Shown: piece after piece, positions 13,278 to 28,884 of the stretch | Numbering within the stretch: the first letter of the stretch is position 1 | How the letters are laid out: every line of letters begins with the position of its first letter | Source of the DNA: Chrysomallon squamiferum | Taxonomy: Eukaryota; Animalia; Mollusca | Length of the DNA: 64,000 nt | NCBI GenBank assembly: GCA_012295275.1 | Contig: CM022665.1 | Span: 36,208,001 to 36,272,000 of the forward strand | Reading direction: 5' to 3' | Made by a program: the position numbers and the translations under genes | Notes under the pieces: generated by a model | Seen by the model: the letters and a program-made list of their open reading frames with translations, nothing else | Told to the model about the DNA's origin: nothing | Databases searched by the model: none

Positions 13278-13308
<31 letters not shown>

Positions 13309-13417
13309 GTGAGTCATTCATAAAATACAGAGCAATTTCTTTTATGTGTGTCATTTAAATTTTTATTAATATTCTCAAATATCAATTTTTTGACTTCTTT
13401 AAAAGCCTGCGATTATT

Positions 13418-13546
13418 TGACGTCATTGAATGTCAAGGTCAATAAAACGTGGCCCGATTTTTGTCGTCTGTGCCCGCTACAACAGCTAGTGTTCAGAGAT
13501 TGTGAAGAAAGAATTGTGTGAACAGAGTTAAAATCACCAGGTATGT
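13418..13546 (+). promoter_or_regulatory. Candidate promoter and non-coding first exon of the Ig gene
   Basis: Perfect CRE TGACGTCA (13418-13425), TCAAGGTCA (13433-13441), AATAAAA, then about 90 nt ending in CAG|GTATGT at 13540/13541. The Ig ATG exon begins with an acceptor (TTACAG, 17076), so an upstream exon is expected; assigning it to this one is inference. Confidence 0.35.
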
Positions 13547-16500
13547 GGAAGCCGTCTATACAAGTTAGTTCTTAGATAAGTATATAATAATTTGTAGAAG
13601 ATTGATTTTGTATTAATTACGTCTTAATAACAAAAGTAATTAATAAATTATTTGTTATAAGAAATAGAAATCCAATACTAGCATGGACCAACAGGAACGA
13701 TAACTTGTAACGGGCCAAATTGCGTCTGCTGAAAAAAAAAGAAAAAAAAAGGGCTTCAGATTTCTCCAATTTAATGGGTACAAACTACGCCTGAATGTTC
13801 CTTTCTGATGGGTTCTGACAGGGGAATATAGTCAGCTAGAAAAGTTAATACATTCATCTGCTAGAACATAATTTCAGTTTAGTAATGCAACATTTGCACG
13901 AAAATAATCCAGTTTGAAAAATTTGATTACGGTAAAAATATAGTAGGAGAGGTATTCTGCATCATAGTTTTGTAATATGAACAACTAGTAACTTTATTAG
14001 TGTAAATCATAAAAGACAATACAGAAAATGGACGTAAAATTTTTGGATTGGAACGGAAATTTCCATGGAAATTAAAGATGGCGCCGGTCAGTGTTTACAA
14101 TCTTTTAAACATATATTCCTTCATAATGCAATCAATTCTACATATATTATTATTTTGCTGTCGCGAGATTTGCCCGCCATCGCCAGAGTTCACAGCGTCA
14201 GCAAAGTGCTGTCTTCAAAAATGACTTTCTGTCAGAAGAAAAATCTTTTTAGAGAAACTAGTTTTATGACGTAGTATACGTATCTTGTCACAACCTCGCT
14301 TTCTGTTTCTGAATATTGATCAAGGATGAAAGAAATCTTTCTGGATCTCGGCAGCTTCATCGATCAGTGGAATAATCTTGGACATGTCCTTCAATAACAA
14401 TATATTTTACTTACAGACCTGCTTATTAAGTATTATTGTGCTTAATTTCAACAAATGTTATGTTGCGAAAAATTGCGGATGCGAAGTCCGCGCTTCAGAC
14501 GATTGATAATGACGAGTCAGTTCAGGTCACGTGACATCAACAGTACTTTCTGACTCGCTCAGACCGGTTTTGACAAACATTGGCGTAAAATTCATGAGTA
14601 TTAGCAACTTGCTTTAAAATACACTACAGGTTTAGAATTCCTAAAAAGCTTGATTTTGAATGTAATATTCAGTGTTTATGTTGCAAAATGACAGAAACGA
14701 ATCAGTTTCTCAGTAGATTATGAAGGACAAATTCCCGCAAATTTTATTCCGATAAAAATTCGTAACTTTTTTCGTATTAGTGTTATCACAGAGATCTTCC
14801 TGCCACTTTAATATGCATGTTTAGCTCTTTCTAATGTGTAATGATTTAGGAAAATAATAATTTTGAAAATTTTATCGCATACCTACTCATACCACCTCGA
14901 ACCCGTTTCTTACTATTATATATATATATACACACATTTTTTTTTTCAATTATTACGTTGTCGCCAGCAAAAATAAAAAAATAAAAAAAAGAAGAAGAAG
15001 AAACATGAAATCAAAAAAGAAAACAATTTCCACAGACACTGGCGGGTGAATATGAAGATGACTCTTCTCATTAGGAACCATAATGTGGACACGTTACTCT
15101 GCCAAAACACCGTAACAGACAGTTCTGAGTACCTCGTTCACTTGTTGTGAAACAATACTTTAAACCATTATAATTCTTTCTTTACTTATTATTTATTTCC
15201 ATTTCAATGCATTAGAGGCAATATTTTCACGTAAAAAGCAAATTAACCACATGTTATTTGGGTGATTGCCCTGATACATTCATTATAGTGCTTGATACCA
15301 GTTTTTGGACAGAAAATTGCATTTTTTTTTTTTTTTAAATATCTGTCAACCGGCCGTATTCGTGTTAAACATTAATATTTCAGTCTTTTTCGTTAAAACA
15401 AAAAGCATTCAACTTCTAAAATCTGTACTATTATGTATGCAAACAATGTTTCCTATTTGAATTCAAAAAAAAAAAAATCATCGGTCCATGTATGTGATAA
15501 AAAATAATGATAATAATAATAATAAAATATAAATAAATAATAAAACTCATCAAAATAAAATTATTTGTCGATCACAGGAAAGAGCACAGAGAAGACAATA
15601 TTTTGTTCCGAAAATTAGGGTAATTTCCATCGCCCCGTTTTTTTTTTTTTTTTTTTTAAGCTTTATTGAACAAATGCTTAAATCTTAGTTCATTGAATTC
15701 TAATATTTCCCTTAAAAAGGAAGATACCTGTGAAATTTTGATGATATCAAGTTTAAAAAAAAAAAATAAAAAAATAAAAGATACTCTCTATGAAGGACAA
15801 ATCTACTGACAGAATAAATTATCAGTATGGAATAAAAATGTTTAAAACACAATAATTATAAAACCTTGTGAATGGACATTTCTAAAACAAACAAGTATAT
15901 GCTTATGTATCTGTGAGTGATAATAAATAAAATAAAATAACAAGAAATACCCAACCAAATGGCACCTTTTTATTTGACTTAACAGGCGGTTATAGTTGTT
16001 TGTTGTTATCATGCCGAAACAACGGTGACAAGTGTCAGTAATATTTTTTTTTTTTTTTTTTTTTTTTTACGAAATGAGAAAACTTTTGTTTTTCACCTAA
16101 ATGATCATGTTAAGCTATTTTTCGTCGTAAAATTAAGATATCTTCTAGAACAGCAAAAGCAAAAATTCGAAAAGCGAAGTAGTGAAGTAAGTGTGCGAAG
16201 TTACTGAATAGGTTCTTATTTCGGAACTTTTATAAATGGACGAACTACAGCACTATTTATGGAGGTTAAAAGTGCTAGCATGGACATGGTGAACTCGAGT
16301 ACGATTTTGTCACGTAAATAAAACACAGAGGAAAAACGATCTAAGTATGTCAGACTATATTGTGGTGGAATGTTCGGCTGTCATTGTTATTGAATTATAC
16401 ACATTATTTTATTTTGTTTTATTTTATTTTATTTTATTTTTATTCCTATTATTACTATTATTATTATTATTTTGCCTGCTCGATTTAAATGTAAATTTTT

Positions 16501-17078
16501 TATTTTTTTTCAAATAAAATTTTGTCATTACTTTTTACATATATATAGTCCGTATGTTTTAATCGAGTTCATATTACTTCTGTACTGTAATTTTTTTTGT
16601 AATTTTTTTTATTTTTTTTTATTTTTTTTTATTTTTATTTTTATTTTTTTTTTCGTGTGAGAAGATTACGTTCTTTTCATAAATATTTTATCCAGTTTGG
16701 TACAAATTGTTGGATATTCTTCATTACATAACATTATTTTAATAAGAAAAAATTAGAAATTAAATAAACATAGATAAACAATACGTTTATTTAAATAATA
16801 ATAAATAAAAAATTTTTTTTTTTTTTTAAATTAGGCTACTAAACAATTACATAAATAATTTTTTATTTACCAAATTTATAATAGTTAGTAAAATACATAT
16901 ATAGAAGTATGTCTACAAGGCAGGGTCAGTTGTTGGTTGTTAGAAATTATTATTATTATTATTATTTGTTTTTATGATTTTGCATATGATTACAACAGCC
17001 AACACAACCAGTATATATGTATATTTTGAAAGCATTCCATTTTGCTTTATTTATTTATTTATGTATTTGTTTACAGAT

Positions 17079-19507
<2,429 letters not shown>

Positions 19508-20349
19508 AGACACGAGCCAGAGTTTCCAGCCAAGTTCAGTTTCATCGTTCTGTTGTTGTTAATTCATTAATATTTGTATTAAAGGACATATTGTTCTGAG
19601 CATAACATTGTCTGTCTTCTTGTGCTTATAAGTTAAATAATAAGTTAAATAAACAGAAATAGCTCTTTAAAAATTCTTTCGGTAAAACTTGAAGAAGAAT
19701 GAAATAAAAATTACAATAACTTTGAAAAATAAAAATATGTATGAAAAGTAAAAGATATATATATATATACTGAAGATAAAAATGAAGAAAAAAGAAGGAA
19801 TACATCAGTGCCCGAGTGTCAGTTTACAAGTAATGTCGTGACAATTACTGCTAGGCCACTAATTGTTTTCAGTGAAGAACAAATATCTAAAAGCAAAAAT
19901 CACGTGGAAAATTTGAGGGTTGCATTATTTATCTATATTTGTTTATCAAATTATTAATTATTTATTTTAATTAAGTAATTAATTAATTTAATATTTATTT
20001 ATTTCATTTCTTTTCTTTTTTTTATCTCTATTCATTTATGTTGTTTTTTTCTTCTTTGTCTCGATTATTCCATTTTGAAGGAGAGAAAATAGGACATGAC
20101 ATCAATGTCAGCTCTAAATTATGACAAATGCCTATCTGGGACAGGAACCCAATTCTTGACTCCATTAAGATGAATAAAGATTAAAAAAAAAAAAAAAAAA
20201 AAAATATTAATTATTGTTTAACAACACACTTGATATATTTTTTAATGTATGGATGGATATATGCATTTAAGTACTATAAATATATTAAAGGAGTGAATCC
20301 TTTTTTTATTTTTTTATTTTTATTTTTTTGTGGAGAGGGGGGATTGACT

Positions 20350-20440
20350 TATATGCACACTTCGCACAGAAATAGTTGGATATTAAGTTGTAAACAATAA
20401 AATATCAACACCTTGGCCTTTGAAAAGCCAACTGCTGCAC
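20350..20440 (+). mobile_element. Degenerate SINE fragment (MetaSINE/RUDI-like core), partly duplicated at 20649-20725
   Basis: TTATATGCACACTTCGCACAGA...CACCTTGGCCTTTGA resembles the Meta domain as I recall it (TTTTATATGCAC..CCCACAGACAGG...ACCACGGCCTTTG); the second local copy is visible directly. Confidence 0.35.
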
Positions 20441-21540
20441 ACTTAGAAGAAAACAGGAGGACAAAACCATGGAGGAATGATCTTGCAAACAGTCAAACCT
20501 CGGGCCAGTGTTCTGCCACAAAGCAAAACTCTATTCCCCCAAACCCTCTGAATTAACGACACTAAAGAATTAAAATAAAAAAATGAAAAGCGAGTGAATG
20601 ATACCTGAATACGGCGTGCTGCTGCGTATGTAACTGTATCCAAAGATCTCGCACAGAAGTTACTGGATATTAAGTGGTAAACAATAAAATAACACCTTGG
20701 CGTTTTCACAACAAATTGGCAGACAGTTGTGAACAATTCATCACAAACACTAACAGAAGAATGTCTCATAATCTATTGCTTACTCTGCATGTTAACTACA
20801 CTTGTGTATACAGTAATAGCTGGTCTCCATGTTTCACTTTCAACGTGTAAAAATATGTGTAAGAGTACGCGCGTGTACATCACGGTTAGATGGAGATGGT
20901 CGAGTGTGCGTAGTAAATATATGGATTAATGAATCAGCTTGTATGTCTAAATACTTACGATTGTAGAATGGCTGAACTACAAAACATTTCGTGGGCTTTT
21001 AAAAAAATATATATCCGTATGTTTATATGTGTTTATAGATGTCTGCATTTAAAGTGTATGCATGCCTGAAAATGCATAAATTCGATATAAGTATGTGCTA
21101 GGGACTTATACACGTACTATGAAGCTATGGCTATGTAGATGTGTGCTCCCTTTTATGAAATTACAGAACCGCCCCTGCAGTGTATCAGTGTATGTATAAA
21201 CACTGACGTGTACGGCTGCGAGCGTGTCTGTGATTGTATACTGTGTTAAATAGTTCATTTCTTTTCTGCACTCATGCGAATGTAGTATGATTATTTCTTG
21301 AGCTCAGTTGCTTTCACTTCAGCTGTTCCAATTATCAACAATCTTAACCCGATCTCAGAGTTACGCATATATCTTACCTTTGAGAAACAGCCGTTAAATC
21401 AGCATTTCCACAGCGGTCACTTAGTGAAATGTCAAATATCTCTGTTTTAATTATTTTTATGTTCGATTGAAAATCAAATGCTGTTCGTGAAATCCTGAAA
21501 TACTTTCAATTTCTTCCAATGTAAGTTACATCTGTTTTGT

Positions 21541-21575
<35 letters not shown>

Positions 21576-21711
21576 GCTGTTGTATTTTTATCGTGTATTT
21601 TAGTCAAACCAGTTCATGTAAAACAGAACATGTCGTTTGTTATGGCTGTTTTAATTTCAATTACTGATAATTAAATTTAATTTAATTCAATTATTTTTTT
21701 TATTGTTTGTT

Positions 21712-21747
<36 letters not shown>

Positions 21748-23372
21748 CAGTGCCTCTGTTACAAATATTTATATTACAAATTTTATAAAACGTTAGTGAT
21801 TTCTTCTGGAATGTCTCTAAGAACTCTAATGAATATTGTCTAATCTGTTTATGAAAGAATAGTCTTCGTAAACTTTGGTTAATGTCTATTTCTTTTTCAT
21901 TTTGATGTTCTGGTGTATATATTATAGCTGACAAAAACAAACAAACAAAGAAACAAATATAATAATAATAATAAAGAAATTAAGAATAAAAAAATAAATA
22001 AATAATAAAATAAAATAGAATAAAATAAAATAAATAAATAAATAAATAATAGGATAAATTAACCAAAAAATAGTAAATCAAACAACAAAAAAAAAAAAAA
22101 AAAAAAAAAAAAAGCGAAAAAAACAAGAAGAAGAAACCTCTTTGGATTGGCTAATCGGTTTATTTTCACAAATATTCCAATAAACTTGACAAATGATAAT
22201 TTTCAGAAATATACACCACATAATACTTTTTGTATCAGAATACACAAATTAAAAAGTATTAATAATGAATATATGAATACATTCTGAGCACTGATCCAGT
22301 GACAGAAAAAAAAACAGAAAAAAAAACTCATAACAGTAATTTGTCAAATCAAATTACAAGTTAATTAAACTTATTTGTAGCAGTTATACATGCTCCGATT
22401 ATCTTTAATACAAAACTATAAAGTATTTTATTTATTTTAAAACAATATAAAATGTACATAAAACGGTATACGACGTATGGATGACATTTTTCTGAGCTTA
22501 ATTATGAATGACGTTGAGGTACACTTTCAACAGTTTTTATGCATCAAGTAAAATCTTTTTGACTTTGTTACACACATTAGGTACATATTTCTGCAAATAG
22601 CAACATAATATTTTCTTAAACTCAGGATTTTTTAAATTTGTTGTTGTTTTTACCTTCTTGACAATATCAAAGCATCATTTTTTTTTTTTGAAGCTCACGC
22701 GCAGAGATCTGTAGGATTTACTCATTCAGCTGATGACGGTGAGAAAGCGACAAGAGCACATTATCATCCTTCGTAGTTACTATATAATGTCTGCAAGGAC
22801 TGGCTGCTGGATTTAATTATTTCGCTTGGAAACAGGTGATTTCAGAGTCATAACAATAACAGCAAAGTGTCATCGTTTAAGATGACCCTATTGTGTAGAG
22901 AAGAATGTTGTGTTACTTTTAAGCTTCTTCGGATCAATGTATTTGATAGTCACAGCACAAGCACCGGCTGAAGCTGCATTAAATACAACGCTTAGTAACA
23001 GCAGCAAAGATGACACTGTTGGATTCACCAGTTTCTGTCGAAGTTACTCGAAGAAAACATGGAAGCTATTGCTAGTTACATCCATTTTCAATGACAGGGA
23101 TATTTAAATAAGCTGCAAGACTGCTATGATGCCTTCTGCACTGTTTGCTTGCTAAGGGTGTAAAATACATACTTCATAATTTAGCTCAGAATAATTCATC
23201 CACCAGCACGTATAAACGTCAGGTAATATGAGATAAGGATGGAAGATTTTTTTTCACCATATTCACAACCATAATTATTTTCTATTGAAGAAAATGGACA
23301 AATATGACTGCGTGCGTTACAAACATAACTTATTTATTTATTTAATTATTTATTTATTTATTATTGTTGTTG

Positions 23373-23412
<40 letters not shown>

Positions 23413-23478
23413 ATAATAAAATCTAGGGAAGAAAAGAACAACATAAACAAAACCAAAAAATAATAATAACAATAATAA

Positions 23479-23509
<31 letters not shown>

Positions 23510-24368
23510 AAACAACAATAATATTACCATTTCCTTTCAAAACCGTAACCACAACATTTTACATTTTAAGTCTGAACTGTTCCATGAAATACATTTTTAT
23601 ACCTAACTTAAAATACTTTGTACGTTGAGATACGAGGAAATCACACCTAGTGCAACCACCAGAGTTACTTAGTGCTTCTTTCTTGATACGTGTTACTTAA
23701 CAAGACGTAAACAAAATGTCAGAACATTTAAATTTTTCTTCATTTGTTCTAGGAGCACAGCCAGTTATCTGAACAGCTGTTGTCTTCAAGTAAAATAGTG
23801 TTTCAGAAAATAAAAACTAGTGGGAAATCAAAAGATTAACAAAAATATGTTATTTAAAATCATTTACTAGCACAAATGAAGGATGCTATCTGTTAAGATC
23901 CTAACTGGGGTTATTTGAATTAATATGATTAGTCTTTCCGATACACTCTTTTCTTTAAATATATACATATATGTAAGTATGTATGTATGCATGCATGCAT
24001 GTATGTATGTATGTATGTATTATTCTTGTTAATTCTGTTTTCTAAACATTATAAATAATTTATGTGCCATTTTCGTAAATGATCTGGCAGAGTCATAATA
24101 TTTTACACTCGAAGATAAACAATACAGAGTCATATGTAATTAAAGTCGGTTATTCCTGGAATATGTTTAAACCTATTTTATTTATATAATTTAATGTCAG
24201 ATGGATTATTATCGATAAGCTGCTCAGGGGGAATAAAACAAAATAATATTTTTAGTTCTAGGTACCAACAAATTACCTCCCTTAGCAGCAAACCTCATGA
24301 ATGCACAGAAAAGATTTATAAAAATTCATTTTTATTCTGTCTGCTTGTTTTAGATGGGCTAAAAATAA

Positions 24369-24418
<50 letters not shown>

Positions 24419-24422
24419 CAAC

Positions 24423-24466
<44 letters not shown>

Positions 24467-24897
24467 CAACAATAATAATAATAATAGAATTATATGTAAG
24501 CTTGTTACGAATGTGTGTGTGTGTGTGTGTTTGTGTGTGTTTTGGTTTTGTTTGTTTATTCATTTTTCAGTTATCTATCCTGAACTTGAAGCTAATATGC
24601 AATATTTATTTAACAATATATATTTTTTTTCAATTTAAAATTATTTCTGTAGAACCATACAGACAAAGCTTGCCAAATCTGAAACTTTGATTTTGCTTCT
24701 TTACTGCAGAATCTGAACGATTACGTCTGATCTCAAAAAACAGTTATTAGTCGTTTAAAATTTTCCTTAGCTGCGAATACGCTTTTAGTGCCAGGATTCA
24801 CTATTAGCCTGTCAAATCAATGAACTTTTCCTTCTCATGTCATTAGTATGGCTAGACATTAAAACCAAATTACTTAACTACTTAACATGTTAGAATG

Positions 24898-24947
<50 letters not shown>

Positions 24948-25998
24948 ATTTATGTTTGCATGTATATATGTCTTACGTTTAATAGATACACAAGAACTAG
25001 GTTCTATCTATATAAATCCACTGAGCATAAGATATAAATATATAAACAATATATATGGATATGTGTGTATATGTGTGTGTTTGTGTGTGTATCTATGTGT
25101 GTGTGTGTATAATTATATACACACGCATATCCATACATATAGTTTATATACTTAAAACGTAAAATGTATACACAGTTTGATTCAGTATTTGCTCCATTAA
25201 ATAAGAAAGAAAATTAAATGTTTCATCAAAGTCTATATTTTGGGTTTCTGTGAGGGTGATTGTTGAAACAATCAGACGAGATAAAAAGTAATGAAATGAA
25301 ACTAATTCACAAAGTTACAATTATATGAATAGAGATATTAAAAATGAAAACCATTAAAATGTTAAATTCCATAAATAAAAATTAAAAAAAAAAACACATC
25401 TGGGACATCCGTGTTATAAAAATATCAGAAGATTAGAGATGACTACTTCGTGTTTTACGACGATGCAGTAATAAGGTTAATGCTAAACGTAAAGTTGATT
25501 TTATGTACACATATTGTCAAAGTTTGCCTGGGATAACCAAACTTAAACAAGCACAATACTGATACACATGTATTAAACATTACATTGTGATTTTCACACA
25601 AAATTAAATTTGCAAAACACACCTTTTAAGGATAAGAAAAACCCACACAAGTATTAATTATCTGTAAGAAAAATAAAAAAAACAAAAACAACAACAACAA
25701 ATAAATCCCAAAACCCCCTGCAAACTCACGGAGTTAACCAATCATTTAAAATACTTTTAAGTCGTCATTTTTAAAAGATCGTCACCAAATATAGGTGATG
25801 TTAAAAATGGGCAGTTCTTGTGCTAATGTTGTGGCATCATGATGATGTTTATTTTATTTCATTATTTATTTAGTTTTGTTTTCTTGGTGTTTTCTTCTCA
25901 GTGAATCTGCGTCGACTTCTGTCAGCCTCGGGTGTAATTTGGCGACTGGTAAACGGGGTGGCAAGATCGAGCGCTAGAGTCACTGAGATCAGCTACCG

Positions 25999-26223
25999 TC
26001 ATTCGACGCTGCTCTGTCTTCTTACGTAATACGGAATCCTCTGGGAATCGGTGGATGGCACTGTAAGAAAAATAATATTACTGTTATTATTACCACATAT
26101 GCATGCATGTATAGGTATATCATTATTTCAAATCGCTAGATGTTAATATTTACAAATGCACGCGATCGATTTTAAATGTCGTTTAAATTTACGATGACCT
26201 GTCTCAGAAAATTAAATCTTAAC

Positions 26224-26297
<74 letters not shown>

Positions 26298-26471
26298 GGT
26301 TTATTTATTTATTTAAAAGAAAATTCTTTCTTTTTTTAATGATAATATTTATTTTACGTATTCATTTAATATTTATTTATTTATTTAAGATTATTACTAT
26401 TATTATTATTGTTGTTCTTACTGTTTAGTAATTATGGTTCATATTATCTTCGTTTTATTTACTATTGTTAC

Positions 26472-26513
<42 letters not shown>

Positions 26514-26672
26514 GCACACACACATTGGAATTCAACATTTTATCTATTTTTATATTCTTATAAATAAGAAACCACATTAAAAATGAATTTCCAACTGGCC
26601 AACAACTAAGCTGTACATCAGTTAACTATTAATAACACCTTATTTATTTATTGTTATTGTTGTTGTTGTTGC

Positions 26673-26720
<48 letters not shown>

Positions 26721-27474
26721 TATTAGCACCATTATTATTATTATTTTTTTTTTTTTTATATTAACATAAGCAATAATAATAATAATAATAGTAATAAAAC
26801 AAAATGTTCATCAGCAATTTATAGTGAGGAAACGTATTATGTGGTTGCATCTTACCAAATTTCTGTCTTGCACCCTGCACTAGTGTACTTTTCCCCTTAA
26901 CACTGAATACTGACCACGGAATTGCCTACACTGTTTTCTGATTAAGCTGCTAACACACTAATTCTAACCCTGTGTTCTGTGTTCCTGTGCTATGACCCAA
27001 AATATCCAACATCTTGGTCACGTTACCCGTTGTTTATCCCAATCTAAATCACACTCCACCCACTACTTGCTTGAACCTTCTAAAGATGCTTGGGCAGATG
27101 TTTGATCGCTGATTCTAAGTATGTCTACAGCTGGAAGGTAATTTAGTGCCGTCTGCAGTCATATACTCTAAACAGGTCCTTAGTTTTTAAATATATATTT
27201 TGGACAAGGTCAAGATTTATTTTTCTGAGACTATTCTTGAACAGACACACTCAGCTACCGGTCAGCTTGGTTGAAAACAATCGTACGGAGCCTTGTCTTT
27301 GTTAGAACAAAGCTCAAATGGTGTAATTTATCGTTGGATGAGCGTATTAAAACATAAATAATTTTTTATCTCGGTTAATTTGGATTTATTAATCAGTGGT
27401 TTAAATATAACTAAGCGCTTAACATTAGGCATAAAATAGAGAGAGAGAGAGAGAGAGAGAGGGAGGGAGGGAGG

Positions 27475-27555
<81 letters not shown>

Positions 27556-28884
27556 TGTGTGCAGTTGCAAATATTCAATTTCAAACATTTTATTTCTAAA
27601 TTCTATCTGAAATGAAGTTTTGCAAAATCTCGAAGATATTGGCAATATCTTGAAAACTAATACGTTAATAACAGAATTAATATCTTTACTTTATAGAAGA
27701 AGCCTATTTAAGTTATATTTGATCAATTATACTTGATAATAGATGTTATTAACGTTGAAAAAGGAAGGGAGGTAACTGAGATGAAGCGATTACTTTCAGA
27801 CGCAGAAGGAACAAAACAGATGGATGTGATTATTAAAATGGGTAACATTACATGAACTAATAACAGCAGAGAATCTGACCTTTGTTCGGACATCAATACG
27901 CACTTTTGTTAAGGGACTTTGCAGTTTGAAATTGTTAAAAACCACACTAAGAGAAATCACTTAAATTTTAAAACAGAAGACAGGAAAGGAAAAGAAAACA
28001 ATAAGAAGCATACCGTTTCGAAATATTCGAATAAATCAAATATAAATTTAATATAGTTTGGGGGTAATTGTTAGCATGCTTTGGACACGTTTTAATGAAG
28101 ATTTTGAATAAATTCCTATACATTTTTCATATTAACAAAGTAAGAATGTAATAATAAAATGATATGTGAAATGTAAGTCTTGCGGCTCAAAAAAAAGAAA
28201 GAAAAAAGAGGTTTATTGTACACAGATCTTACGTCTTTCTTATTATAAATAATTACTAATAATCAAGAAAACATACGTGCAATAATAATGAGTGAAAAGA
28301 AATATTCAAGAACAGATAAATTCCATAAGAGATATTAAAAAAGAGATTTTAGTTTTTTACGAATTAGTCAAAATACAAAAAGAAATTTGTTGAATAATAG
28401 TTAGTAGTAAAAATAGATATTTCGGAACAGATATGTTCAATAATGATTATTCCAAAACAAAAAACATAGCAGTTAATACAAATATACACTGAAGAAGCGA
28501 TATATTCAATAGTAACTACTGAAAATATGTTCAAGAAAAGCTATGTTCAGTAATTAGTCACGATTGATATTCAAGAAGATATATGTATTACACTAATTAG
28601 TCGAAACAGATGTTCAAGAGTAAATACGTGACAGAGTGATTAGTAAAAATTAAAAACTAGACATGTTACAGAGTAATTAGGAGAGGAATGGAGACACTCA
28701 CTTTTCTTACTTGATATCTGGACGAAGTTCATTCCCCAAATAATACTCCAGACCCAGCCAACGATTATTATGAAAGACGCCATCTGGAGTAGAGCAGTCA
28801 ATATGTTCAGGCCCAGAGCAGTGCATGTCGACTGGAACTTGGTTTTGGCACCACAGAGAACAGTGAAGGCAGAAATTAATGTAC
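25999..28884 (-). CDS. stum: Protein stum homolog (stum/SPEC3 family), last two coding exons; 5' coding exon not found in window
   Basis: Exon 28884-28702 encodes GTLISAFTVLCGAKTKFQSTCTALGLNILTALLQMASFIIIVGWVWSIIWGMNFVQISSKK, matching the stum signature GT..SAFTVLCGA...LNI..AL.Q....VGW.WSI.WGM. The terminal exon 26060-25999 is in phase 1 and gives MPSTDSQRIPYYVRRQSSVE*. Not in the ORF track because these exons lack a start codon. Confidence 0.9.

Noticed and set aside
26851-27320. Possible extra stum exon (minus-strand donor GTAAGA at 26855)
   Set aside because: No convincing acceptor or frame found; the two flanking exons already join in phase
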